From an uncultured Chloroflexia bacterium (GTDB lineage Bacteria > Chloroflexota > Chloroflexia > Thermomicrobiales > CFX8): a stretch of 64,000 nt of DNA. Each line of letters opens with the position of its first letter. The first letter of the stretch is position 1. The translations under genes and the position numbers were made by a program. This document shows, piece by piece, positions 19,655-28,342 of this stretch. The stretch lies in assembly GCA_963729445.1 (NCBI GenBank), contig CAVSNU010000003.1, positions 1,100,816 to 1,164,815 of the forward strand, written 5' to 3'. Below the pieces are notes generated by a model that saw only the letters and a program-made list of their open reading frames with translations, did not search any database and had not been told where the DNA came from.

Positions 19655-20740
19655 TCAGGCCCCTTGGACCTGTTCCAACAACCGTCCAGTTGCGAACGGA
19701 TCGGTGGAAATCACACTGGCCGCAAAGAGCTCCAGCGCGCCGGTATCGATGGTGCGCTTGAGCGGATTTCCACGGTCCACGAACCGGGCGACAACCGGCA
19801 TGGCCGACCAGTCCTCGTCGGTCGCGTCGAGCGGTGGAGGCACAATCGCCAGGTTAAATGAGGTCAACCCGAGCTCCTCGTGCAACCGCCGGATCACCCG
19901 ATGAATGGTACGCACGAACGCCTCGCTCAACGTGTCGGAGAGGAGCACGCACTCGTTGGCGAGCAGCGGCGTCAGATGCGCGTACATCCGGACCCCGGCT
20001 CGCTCGTGGCCCAGGCCAAGCGCGGCGTGCGCTCGGTAGAGGTCGTCGAAATAGCGGGTTTCGTGAATCCTCGGATACTCGACGGTGATCCGGCGCAGCC
20101 GCTCAATCTGGCCGTAGTGCATGCCCGACGTCAAGAGGAGCTGCAAGTGCGCGTGGGAGATCGACGCGCCGCTTTTCCACAGGCAGTTCCAGATGATGAG
20201 CGGATAGATCGCGGATTGGTTGGTCTGCCGGCTCGCTTCGAACCACTTCATCGCTACCTGGACGGCATCCCAGAGCGCATCTTCAGTGACGACCCACGGG
20301 TTATGTTCATGAAAAATAACAACGCCGTGGTGGACATTCGACTTCGCCAGGTTGCTCGCGGTGATGGTGTGCTCACCTCGGATCCGTCCGAACGTGTCGG
20401 CCGTGGTGTCCTGCTCAGGGTGATCGAACGGGTCAGGACCGTCACCGAAGATCTCGTCGGCCAGGCTATCCGAATCGCTCCCGGCCTGCGGACGCTGCGC
20501 CCGGAACGGATTGAACAACGAGGTCTGGAAGGACCAGAGGTTCGTGACCTTGACGATTTGCTGAGCTGTCACCGCATCCACCGAGCCGTAGGTTTCCTCG
20601 ACCCAGGGAATCATCGGGTCGGGGACAACGAGTCTCCCGGTGCCGCCCCCGATCGCGAAGAGACGGTCAAACAGCTGTCGATCGCCGTCTGGGAGCGCCG
20701 CACGCAGCGCCACCAAGTTCCGTATTGACCCTTCGGCCAC
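19655..20740 (-). CDS. GalT/HIT-superfamily nucleotidyltransferase-like protein (function unknown)
   Basis: The motif SISHAHLQLL matches the H-x-H-x-Q pattern of the GalT branch of the HIT superfamily. I saw no N-terminal CxxC zinc site. I prefer the GTG at 20740, preceded by GAAGAGGAG, over the ORF-track start at 20782. Confidence 0.5.
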   Translation of the reverse strand: MAEGSIRNLVALRAALPDGDRQLFDRLFAIGGGTGRLVVPDPMIPWVEETYGSVDAVTAQQIVKVTNLWSFQTSLFNPFRAQRPQAGSDSDSLADEIFGDGPDPFDHPEQDTTADTFGRIRGEHTITASNLAKSNVHHGVVIFHEHNPWVVTEDALWDAVQVAMKWFEASRQTNQSAIYPLIIWNCLWKSGASISHAHLQLLLTSGMHYGQIERLRRITVEYPRIHETRYFDDLYRAHAALGLGHERAGVRMYAHLTPLLANECVLLSDTLSEAFVRTIHRVIRRLHEELGLTSFNLAIVPPPLDATDEDWSAMPVVARFVDRGNPLKRTIDTGALELFAASVISTDPFATGRLLEQVQGA

Positions 20741-20887
20741 CCTGTCGCTCCTCTTCCCATCTCGAACGAGACGCACCCTCACGCGTTAGAATACCGATTT
20801 CACCTACCCGGTGATGCATCATGTACGCTTACAATTCCTGTGCCGTCTGTGGGGGGCGGGTAGCTGGAGGAACGTCACGGAATTGCT

Positions 20888-21826
20888 ATGAGAGAAATCT
20901 TCCGCCGACAACCAAGATTCCGACCTTCATCCGCCGGAGACGACGGCCGGCTTCAGGTTCCTGACGATCTGTGGGTCAAATGCCCGAAGTGCCAGGAGCT
21001 CAGCTACACCAAAGAACACCTGCGCGCCCTGAGGGTCTGCCATCGCTGCGGGTATCACTATCGCATCCCCGCCATCGACCGCATCGCCATGCTAGCCGAT
21101 GACGCGTCCTTTATCGAGTGGGACAACGAGCTCCGTACCGCTGATCCGCTGGGTTTTCGCATCGCCGATGAGTCCTATCTTGATAAAGCCGCCGCAACCG
21201 TCAGAAAAACTGGCCTTCCCGAGGCGGTTGTGTCCGGTCTCCTCAGCATCGGTGGTCGTCCACTGGCCGTCGTCGTGACCGACTTCGCATTCATGGGCTC
21301 CAGCATGGGCTCGGTGTATGGCGAAAAGCTCACCCGCGCCTGCGAACGCGCGGTAGAACGTGAGATCCCGCTGCTGACGATCTCATCGTCCGGAGGAGCG
21401 CGCATGCAGGAGGGACTCTTCTCACTGCTGCAAATGGCCAAGACCACGACCGCGCTCACACGGCTCGGGCACGCCCGGCTGCCACACTTCTCGCTCTTAA
21501 CCGATCCCTGTTACGGCGGAGTCACCGCCAGCTACGCCACCGTGGCCGACGTGGTCATGGCGGAGCCCGGCGCCCGCATCGGTTTTGCGGGGCCACGCGT
21601 CATCGAGCAAGTGACACGCCAGAAACTGCCGGAGGGCTTCCAGACAGCTGAGTTCCTACTAGAGCACGGTTTGATCGATACCGTGGTGTCGCGCAGTGAT
21701 CTGGTATCGACCCTTACAACGCTGATCGATTTCTACCAGAACGCCCGCAGTCCACACAGTGCGCAACAGACTGCGCCCCCCGAACTGGCCCACTCTACGG
21801 CGAACGGAGCCTCGGATGCCGTCTGA
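20888..21826 (+). CDS. accD: acetyl-CoA carboxylase carboxyltransferase beta subunit
   Basis: Zinc ribbon CPKCQELSYTKEHLRALRVCHRCGYH plus a carboxyltransferase domain with GGARMQEG. Confidence 0.92.
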   Translation: MREIFRRQPRFRPSSAGDDGRLQVPDDLWVKCPKCQELSYTKEHLRALRVCHRCGYHYRIPAIDRIAMLADDASFIEWDNELRTADPLGFRIADESYLDKAAATVRKTGLPEAVVSGLLSIGGRPLAVVVTDFAFMGSSMGSVYGEKLTRACERAVEREIPLLTISSSGGARMQEGLFSLLQMAKTTTALTRLGHARLPHFSLLTDPCYGGVTASYATVADVVMAEPGARIGFAGPRVIEQVTRQKLPEGFQTAEFLLEHGLIDTVVSRSDLVSTLTTLIDFYQNARSPHSAQQTAPPELAHSTANGASDAV

Positions 21827-22658
21827 CGCAATCATGACGCCCTGGGAGCGGGTAACGCTCGCGCGACATCCACAGAGGCCGCGAGCGCTCGACTTCGTTA
21901 CTGGGCTGTGCGAGGACTTCATCGAGCTCCACGGCGACCGGCAGCTCAGCGACGACCGCGCGTTGATCGGCGGCGTCGCGACCTTCCGTGGCCGCAGTGT
22001 CATGGTGCTGGGCAACCAGAAGGGCCGCAACACCCGCGAGAACCTGGAGCGCAACTTCGGTATGGCCCGCCCGGAAGGCTACCGGAAGGCGCTGCGGCTG
22101 ATGCGTCACGCTGAAAAGTTCAGCCTACCGCTGATCAATTTCATCGACATTCCAGGCGCTGATCCCGGCCCAACCTCGGAAGAGCACGGCCAGGCCCTGG
22201 CAATTGCCGATAATATCTATGCACTGGCCGATTTGGGGGTGCCAACGATCGCTATCGTCGTCGGCGAGGGCGGCAGCGGCGGAGCCTTGGCCCTCGGGGT
22301 GACGGACCGCGTGCTCATGCTGGAGAACGCCGTGTATACCGTCGCCAGCCCCGAAGCCAGTGCCTCGATCCTCTGGAAAGACGCCACCCAGGCTCCGGCC
22401 GCAGCCGCGGCGATGCGGATCACCGCGCCGGAACTCCTGGAGTTCGAGCTCATCGACGCCATCATCGCCGAAGATCCGCCGGCCCACGAGGACACCGCCA
22501 GAGCGATCGCCGCCACCGGTGACGCCATCGAGCATCACCTCACCACTCTCGAAGAGCTCCTGGCCGGCCCCGACGGTCTCCAGACCCTCCTCGACCAGCG
22601 CTACGCCAAGTACCGCAAGATCGGCCAATGGCAGGAAGCGGTTGAAGCCACCCCGTAG
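21816..22658 (+). CDS. accA: acetyl-CoA carboxylase carboxyltransferase alpha subunit
   Basis: PWERVTLARHPQRPRALDF and IVVGEGGSGGALALGV are typical AccA. The ATG at 21816 overlaps the accD stop by 11 nt. Confidence 0.92.
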   Translation: MPSDAIMTPWERVTLARHPQRPRALDFVTGLCEDFIELHGDRQLSDDRALIGGVATFRGRSVMVLGNQKGRNTRENLERNFGMARPEGYRKALRLMRHAEKFSLPLINFIDIPGADPGPTSEEHGQALAIADNIYALADLGVPTIAIVVGEGGSGGALALGVTDRVLMLENAVYTVASPEASASILWKDATQAPAAAAAMRITAPELLEFELIDAIIAEDPPAHEDTARAIAATGDAIEHHLTTLEELLAGPDGLQTLLDQRYAKYRKIGQWQEAVEATP

Positions 22659-22711
22659 CGGCCGCTGCCGTCGCCGGTTCGCATGTGCTGCCGGTGCGGA
22701 GCCTCGCAGTG

Positions 22712-22890
22712 GCCATCGTGAGTACTGGACCACCGGGGAGTTGGCACGCGCCGGGGTTCCTACCTGTCCGTAGGGGAGGAGCTCGTCTCCTCCCGCGTCG
22801 AGCGGACCGGGGTGTCGGGAGGAGACGAGCTCCTCCCCGGCCGACAGACTGAAGCCCGGAGCTCCCCTGTGGTCCACTATTCAGGATGAT
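22712..22890. repeat. long type C MITE-like element carrying a type D double hairpin (GTAGGGGAGGAGCTCGTCTCCTCCC / GGGAGGAGACGAGCTCCTCCCC)
   Basis: The terminal inverted repeats are about 28 nt: CCATCGTGAGTACTGGACCACCGGGGAG and CTCCCCTGTGGTCCACTATTCAGGATGAT. It is near-identical to 44701-44864. Confidence 0.8.
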
Positions 22891-23000
22891 GCCCATGACG
22901 GTATTCGCTACCTGATGATCCCTGGGAGTAACCATCATATCCTCAACCCGGATACACGCGCTGGAACCCATCATTCGCCCGCTCGCACCCAGTTGATGAT

Positions 23001-23029
23001 TTGACACAGGTATGCGTGGTGCATATAGT
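23001..23029 (+). promoter_or_regulatory. near-consensus sigma-70-type promoter
   Basis: TTGACA (23001-23006), a 17-nt spacer, then TATAGT (23024-23029). It lies about 200 nt upstream of the cytochrome c start. Confidence 0.5.
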
Positions 23030-23236
23030 ACGGCTGGTTAAATCCAGCTCGTACCTTGAAAACGTCCCACCCGGACCAGTCTCGCCGTACCAGGGCAAAC
23101 CGCTCTGCCGGTGGAGTCTTGATCTCTCCCTAAGTGCTACAGGCGCTCGGCGGCCGAGGTATCGCAGCGACGGGTCATCTGTGCCGGTCTACAGACCGGT
23201 TGAATACGACGTTCCAGGAAGGGAGACCGGACGACG

Positions 23237-23638
23237 ATGCAACGCCGATGGGTTCAATTCATCGCTATCACGGCCGCACTACTCCTGCTCGCCGCGTGCG
23301 GGCGGGTCGATCTCGAAGACCTCACACCTGAAGCCGTCAAGACACAACAGGCGGAGGCGGTCATCACCGCCACGGCTGAAGCCGAGGCCCAGGAAGCGCT
23401 CGGCGGCGAATTTACCGGGGATCCCCGGCGCGGCGAGGTGCAGTACGACGTGTGGTGCACTGGCTGTCACGACGGGACGCTCGCTCAGCCTATTCGCGGC
23501 AACGCCTATCCGTTCTCCGAGTATGAAGATCTGTTCCGCACCGGGGGCGACATCGACCACCCCAGCTACAACCCGGTCACCGACCTGAACGACCAGAATC
23601 TGATCGACATCCTCACCTACATCGCCACGGCAAGCTAA
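23237..23638 (+). CDS. c-type cytochrome lipoprotein
   Basis: 133 aa. The signal peptide carries the lipobox LLLAAC and there is a single CTGCH haem-binding motif. Confidence 0.8.
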   Translation: MQRRWVQFIAITAALLLLAACGRVDLEDLTPEAVKTQQAEAVITATAEAEAQEALGGEFTGDPRRGEVQYDVWCTGCHDGTLAQPIRGNAYPFSEYEDLFRTGGDIDHPSYNPVTDLNDQNLIDILTYIATAS

Positions 23639-23652
23639 CGACACCTGCTCAG

Positions 23653-23713
23653 CAGGGGCTCGTCCTCTCCGGGGTTTATGACCGTGAGGTCAACCGGTGA
23701 GGACGAGCCCCTG
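23653..23713. terminator. 15-bp stem structure between convergent genes
   Basis: CAGGGGCTCGTCCTC (23653-23667) pairs with GAGGACGAGCCCCTG (23699-23713), and the loop is itself partly paired. It lies between the cytochrome c stop and the M42 peptidase stop. Confidence 0.45.
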
Positions 23714-23741
23714 CCCTGCGCGGACACCCAGGATGCTGCCG

Positions 23742-24803
23742 TTAGCGTCTACGGAAGTCCTCGGACGGATCCAGGCGGCGGGTGAAAGCGGCGATCACAC
23801 GCGAGCAGTTCTCCAGGTCACTCAGGCTGACCAGCTCGCTGGGCGAGTGCATGTAGCGATTCGGGATGGAGACCAACCCGGTTGGGATGCCGGAGCGGAC
23901 GCGGGCGATAGAGTCAGCGTCGGTGCCGCTACGAATCGGGGCAATCTCAACATGGTACGGGATATCCTCTGCTCTGGCCGCCGCTACCAGACCCTCGAAC
24001 ACTCTCGGGTGAATTGCCGAGCCACGCGCCAGAGACGGACCGCCCCCAATGTTGACCTTGCCGTTACCGCGCACGTCTGCGTCAGGGTGATCCGTGGCGT
24101 GGGTAACATCGATCGCAATAGCAACCGTGGGGTCGAGGTTGTAGGCGCTCGTCTCTGCACCATACAGGCCGATTTCTTCCTGCACCGGCGCAACTGCCCA
24201 CACGTCAGCCGCCGGACGTTCTCCCTCAGCAAGCAGCCTCAGCGCCTCAAGCGCAATGAAGGCCCCAGCCCGGTTGTCGATACCGCGGGCGACAATACGG
24301 TCGTCACTCAGCTCAACGAGCGGCTGCTCCACAACGCCCGGATCACCAATCGACACCTTCGAGCGCGCGTCATCGCCACTGGTCGCGCCGATGTCGATCC
24401 AGAGAGACCTGATCTTGGAGGCCTTGTCACGCTCGTCGGGCTGCATATGATGGATGGCCTTCTTGCCAATCACGCCGATGACCGGCCCGTTGGCAGACTG
24501 GATGCGCATACGCTGGCCGACCAGTACCTGATCGTCCCAGCCGCCAATCGCCTTGAACCAGAGAAAGCCGTCGTCGTCGATGTGGGAGATCATGACGCCG
24601 ATCTCATCAATGTGGCCCTCGATCATCACCCTTGGGCCGTCTCCCCGGAGCCGGGCATAGGAGGTGCCTGACGAGTCAACGGTGACCTCGTCGGCAAACT
24701 TTTCAGCCTCCTCGCGCCAGACTCGCGCGGCCTCATCCTCAAACCCGGATGGGCTCGATGTGGCGAGCAGCCGCTTCAGAAAATCTTTCGATGTGTCCTG
24801 CAT
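23742..24803 (-). CDS. M42 family metallopeptidase (glutamyl aminopeptidase / FrvX-like)
   Basis: LLATSSPSGFEDEAARVW...MIEGHIDEIGVMISHIDDDGFLWFKAIGGWD is typical M42. The ATG is at 24803 (MQDTSKDFLKRLL). Confidence 0.85.
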   Translation of the reverse strand: MQDTSKDFLKRLLATSSPSGFEDEAARVWREEAEKFADEVTVDSSGTSYARLRGDGPRVMIEGHIDEIGVMISHIDDDGFLWFKAIGGWDDQVLVGQRMRIQSANGPVIGVIGKKAIHHMQPDERDKASKIRSLWIDIGATSGDDARSKVSIGDPGVVEQPLVELSDDRIVARGIDNRAGAFIALEALRLLAEGERPAADVWAVAPVQEEIGLYGAETSAYNLDPTVAIAIDVTHATDHPDADVRGNGKVNIGGGPSLARGSAIHPRVFEGLVAAARAEDIPYHVEIAPIRSGTDADSIARVRSGIPTGLVSIPNRYMHSPSELVSLSDLENCSRVIAAFTRRLDPSEDFRRR

Positions 24804-24852
24804 AGGGCCCCGTTTCTTGTCAGATGGCAAATACCGCGGGCATCGTAACAAC

Positions 24853-26391
24853 TCAGCTCAGCGCTCGCTCAATCTGCCGCAATTTGAGTGCCAGGCCAAA
24901 TGCGAGACGGGTATCAGCATCGCCCAGATCGCTGCCGGTAAGCTCGCTGATACGGTTGAGCCGGTAGCCGAGCGTGTTGCGGTGCACGCCAAGGAGCTCG
25001 GCCGCGCCGGTCGTCGATCCTCCGGCCGCCAGATAACCCTCCAGCGTTCGAATCAGGTCGCTGCCGCGCTCGCGGTCGTGTTCGTCCAACGCCCCCAGCA
25101 GTCCGGCGACAAGCGCTGCCATGCGGCCTCGTCCCGGCTCGAACGTGGCGGGGTCCAGGCTCGACAGCAGCACACCATAGAGACCAGATGTCCCGAGGCT
25201 GCCGGCATCCACCACGGGGGCAGTCAGGATCCCCGCCAGCCAGAGCCGGCCTAGCGTCTGGGCCTGGCGCACGGCGCGCGTCATCCCCGAGAGATCCGGC
25301 TGGCGCTCGCTCCGCACCAGCCCGATGCCACTCTCGATGCTTGCGACGGCCCGTAGCTCATCCCAGCACGTATCGTCCAGCATCAGGATCGCGAGCTCGC
25401 CGGATGAGAGGGTTGTCACGAAGCGTCGAATGCCGTAGCTTAACCGGCGGCTCATGCGAGCGAGGACCCCGGTCTGGTTCGAAACACAGAGGGCCACGCG
25501 AAGTGGCGCGGCAGGATCGATGCCAAGGATGCGACTCTGCGACTCGACCCGGCTGCCCGGTACCTGACCCAAGAGCAGTTCGGCCAGTAGCGCGTCGCGG
25601 CTCGGCGCGTGCGCCGGCAGCCGCTGGTCGCCCAACGGGTGCAGGAACGTTTCAATGGCCCGCGTGGTGTGCGACAACACCAGCCTGGCCGTCTCTGGAG
25701 AGCCGGACGCACCGGTGGTGGTTGCCAGATACAGTGGACGACGACCTCCGGATGCCTGCAGGCGATCCACCAGCCAGCGGCCTGAGCCATTTTCGACGTA
25801 GATCGGCAACTCGCCACCGGCGTCGACTTGAGCCAGAGCGAACGGCAGCTCCGTCGGACCAGTACGTGACCGGCCCAACACCGTCCCCGAGCGGTCGAAC
25901 AGCATAAGCTGGCTGTGACCAACGTCGCCGGCCACGGAGAACAGGGCATCGAGGTCTGCCCCCGCGATCGAGGCCGTCGAGAGCGCCCGTGACAGGTCTG
26001 ACCCCAACCGGTATAGCTCGCCCCGCCGCTCGGTTATGGTGCGGTTCAGATGGGTCTCGGCCTCGGCCAGGAAACCTGTGTCAGCTCGAAAGATGGGCAC
26101 GCCCGGAATGGGTGTGTTGTCAAAGTCGTGGTCTACAACCAGCCCGGCCACTGGCTGGGCCGAAAGCTGTCGCGCAACCTCAGCCCAGCCCACCATCTCG
26201 ACCTGTTTGAGATGGTCCAGCGTGCGCTGGGTTACCACAATAAGCTCGTTCCCTCGTAGGGGAGGAAGAGCCGGGGTGCGAGGGTGAATGGTTACCGCCC
26301 AGCTCAGGGGACGGAGCAGCTCAGCGGCGTCGCCGCGCCACTCCAGTTGCGGCTCCCAGGCCAGGACATCTCCTACAACAATCTCAGACAT
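24853..26391 (-). CDS. PucR/CdaR-family transcriptional regulator
   Basis: The C-terminal PucR-type HTH reads AAELLGVHRNTLGYRLNRISELTG. I prefer the ATG at 26391 (MSEIVVGDVLAW) over the longest ORF, which would leave only 9 nt to the divergent gene. Confidence 0.8.
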   Translation of the reverse strand: MSEIVVGDVLAWEPQLEWRGDAAELLRPLSWAVTIHPRTPALPPLRGNELIVVTQRTLDHLKQVEMVGWAEVARQLSAQPVAGLVVDHDFDNTPIPGVPIFRADTGFLAEAETHLNRTITERRGELYRLGSDLSRALSTASIAGADLDALFSVAGDVGHSQLMLFDRSGTVLGRSRTGPTELPFALAQVDAGGELPIYVENGSGRWLVDRLQASGGRRPLYLATTTGASGSPETARLVLSHTTRAIETFLHPLGDQRLPAHAPSRDALLAELLLGQVPGSRVESQSRILGIDPAAPLRVALCVSNQTGVLARMSRRLSYGIRRFVTTLSSGELAILMLDDTCWDELRAVASIESGIGLVRSERQPDLSGMTRAVRQAQTLGRLWLAGILTAPVVDAGSLGTSGLYGVLLSSLDPATFEPGRGRMAALVAGLLGALDEHDRERGSDLIRTLEGYLAAGGSTTGAAELLGVHRNTLGYRLNRISELTGSDLGDADTRLAFGLALKLRQIERALS

Positions 26392-26586
26392 CGGCAGTCT
26401 CAACGTTCCGTCTGGTCGATTTGCACAACTCCATAGCTGGACCAGGAACGCATCGCTCTCGCGATTGTGCGAAGTGCTGTTCTCGTCCAAATCTAGCGTA
26501 CCAGTTGGCAGCAACAGCCAATCGTGTCACAATTTCCCATTGGAGCCATCCAATACAATCGATATGAGGAGAGCCAGGAGGAACGC

Positions 26587-28254
26587 GTGTTGCAACTCGT
26601 CGTCGATCGCGAAAGCGCGACTCCCATCTACGTCCAGATCGCGCGTCAGATCCGCCGGTCGATTCTCGAAGCAGAGCTCCCGGCCGGTGAGCGGCTCCCA
26701 CCCGAGCGGCGTCTGGCGGCACTCCTGGGGGTGAACCGCACGACGATTGTGAATGCCTACCGCGAGCTTGCTGCGGACGGGCTGGTCTCCGGCCAGGTGG
26801 GACGTGGCACGGTCGTGACGCACCGGCCCCAACGCTCCGAGCCAACCGATAACGCTCATGAGCGCCAGCCAAACGGTGGCGCCGAGCCCTCCTGGGTCGC
26901 AGAGTTAGAAACCGGCGTCTATCCCGCCCAACAAACCGGTCAGCACGTCTCAGACAGAACACGGGGCACCCCCATGCCCTGGGCGCAGCTCTTCACGCCG
27001 GCCACCGACGTGATGAACGACCCGTTGCTGCACGACGCGATGACCGTCTCTGCCCGGCCGGATGTCATCCGTCTGGCGACCGGCACCCCATCCCCACAGC
27101 TCTACCCGATTAACACGATCCGCGCGTTGCTCGACGAAGCGCTGCACAACGCCGGCCAGACGCTCCTCCAGCACACGCCAACCGAAGGCTACCCGCCCCT
27201 GCGGGAGGCGCTGGCCAACTGGATGGCCCGTAGCGCGGGCGAGGCCGGCTCGGCACTCACCATCAACCCCGACAATGTCGTTGTTGTCGCCGGCTCGCAG
27301 CAGGGTCTCTACCTGATCGCCCGTACCTTGATAGAACCGGGCGATCTCGTCGCGGTGGAGTCGCCCACGTATCTCGGCGCCGCCCAGGTGTTCCGGGCCG
27401 CCGGCGCACGCCTGATGCCGATCCCGGTCGACCGCGACGGCATGAATGTCGATCTGCTGCAGGAGCTCCTGCCGCGCCGCCGCCCGAAGCTCATCTACAC
27501 GCTGCCGACGTTCCAGAACCCGAGCGGGACGGTGATGTCGATGGGCCGCAGGATGCGCCTGCTGGACCTGGCGGCGCGCTACCAGATTCCCGTCATCGAG
27601 GATGATCCCTACGGCGCCCTGCGCTACGAGGGACGCCACCTGCCGAGCCTGGCAACCATCGACCGCGCGGCGGGCCGCTCCAACGTCATCTATCTCAGCA
27701 CCGTCTCGAAGATGCTCTTCCCAGGCTTCCGCATCGGCTGGGTAGCAGCCGCCAAGCCGGTCGCGGAACGCGTTACGCTCATGAAACAGATCGTCGACCT
27801 CGACACCAACGCCCTGGCGCAGTGGGCAGTCTGGGCATTCTTCGACCGAAACCTGCTCGAAGATCACCTCGCAACGCTGAACAAGGTCTATCCGCTGCAG
27901 CGCGACCACATGCTGGCCGCGATGCACCGCTATGGCGATGGTCTGATCAGCGCCGACCGGCCGGCCGGTGGTATCTACCTCTGGTGCCGGCTCAACGACG
28001 GCCTCAGGGTGCGTGACCTGTTGCCCGAAGCCGCCCGTGAGGGCGTCGTCTTCGCGCCCGGTGAATCGTTCCACGTGGATTCGAACTCCGGTCGAGGGCG
28101 CTCCACGCTCCGGCTCAACTTCACGCTGCCACAGGATACCGAGATCGAAGAGGGAATCCGCCGGCTCAGCGTCGCCCTGCATCGGCTTGCGGCCCAGGTC
28201 GACCCCGACCGTAGCCATCTTCGCACGGGCAACGCGCTGACACCTATTGTGTAG
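26587..28254 (+). CDS. MocR/PdxR-type regulator (GntR HTH fused to a class I aminotransferase-like domain)
   Basis: The GntR domain is PIYVQIARQIRRSILEAELPAGERLPPERRLAALLGVNRTTIVNAYRELA. The aminotransferase fold carries the PLP-lysine context YLSTVSKMLFPGFRIGW. The GTG at 26587 follows AGGAGGA. Confidence 0.85.
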   Translation: MLQLVVDRESATPIYVQIARQIRRSILEAELPAGERLPPERRLAALLGVNRTTIVNAYRELAADGLVSGQVGRGTVVTHRPQRSEPTDNAHERQPNGGAEPSWVAELETGVYPAQQTGQHVSDRTRGTPMPWAQLFTPATDVMNDPLLHDAMTVSARPDVIRLATGTPSPQLYPINTIRALLDEALHNAGQTLLQHTPTEGYPPLREALANWMARSAGEAGSALTINPDNVVVVAGSQQGLYLIARTLIEPGDLVAVESPTYLGAAQVFRAAGARLMPIPVDRDGMNVDLLQELLPRRRPKLIYTLPTFQNPSGTVMSMGRRMRLLDLAARYQIPVIEDDPYGALRYEGRHLPSLATIDRAAGRSNVIYLSTVSKMLFPGFRIGWVAAAKPVAERVTLMKQIVDLDTNALAQWAVWAFFDRNLLEDHLATLNKVYPLQRDHMLAAMHRYGDGLISADRPAGGIYLWCRLNDGLRVRDLLPEAAREGVVFAPGESFHVDSNSGRGRSTLRLNFTLPQDTEIEEGIRRLSVALHRLAAQVDPDRSHLRTGNALTPIV

Positions 28255-28287
28255 ATTCTCGCCCGAGAGGGAGAGGGTCCCGTTCTG

Positions 28288-28316
28288 TTGACACTAGAAC
28301 ATTTGTTTCGTAGAGT
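28288..28316 (+). promoter_or_regulatory. near-consensus promoter with an SOS-box-like site in the spacer
   Basis: TTGACA (28288-28293), a 17-nt spacer, then TAGAGT (28311-28316). The spacer contains AGAACATTTGTTTCG (28296-28310), a 7/8 match to GAAC-N4-GTTC. It lies about 27 nt upstream of the recombinase ATG, with the SD GAGGAG in between. Confidence 0.45.
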
Positions 28317-28342
28317 GACAGCGTACCGAGGAGTATTCCGGC

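Noticed and set aside
23091-23101. CAGGGCAAACC, identical to part of c-di-GMP-I riboswitches, in the cytochrome c leader
   Set aside because: The second conserved element (ACGCAAAGC) and the expected paired hairpins are missing.
23001-23588. 195-aa ORF overlapping the cytochrome c gene
   Set aside because: It is out of frame with the CxxCH-containing ORF, has Arg/Ser/Pro-rich composition, and starts inside the -35 hexamer.
23697-24671. 324-aa plus-strand ORF
   Set aside because: It is antisense to the clearly recognisable M42 peptidase.
26950-28218. 422-aa minus-strand ORF
   Set aside because: It is antisense to the MocR regulator and has no motifs.
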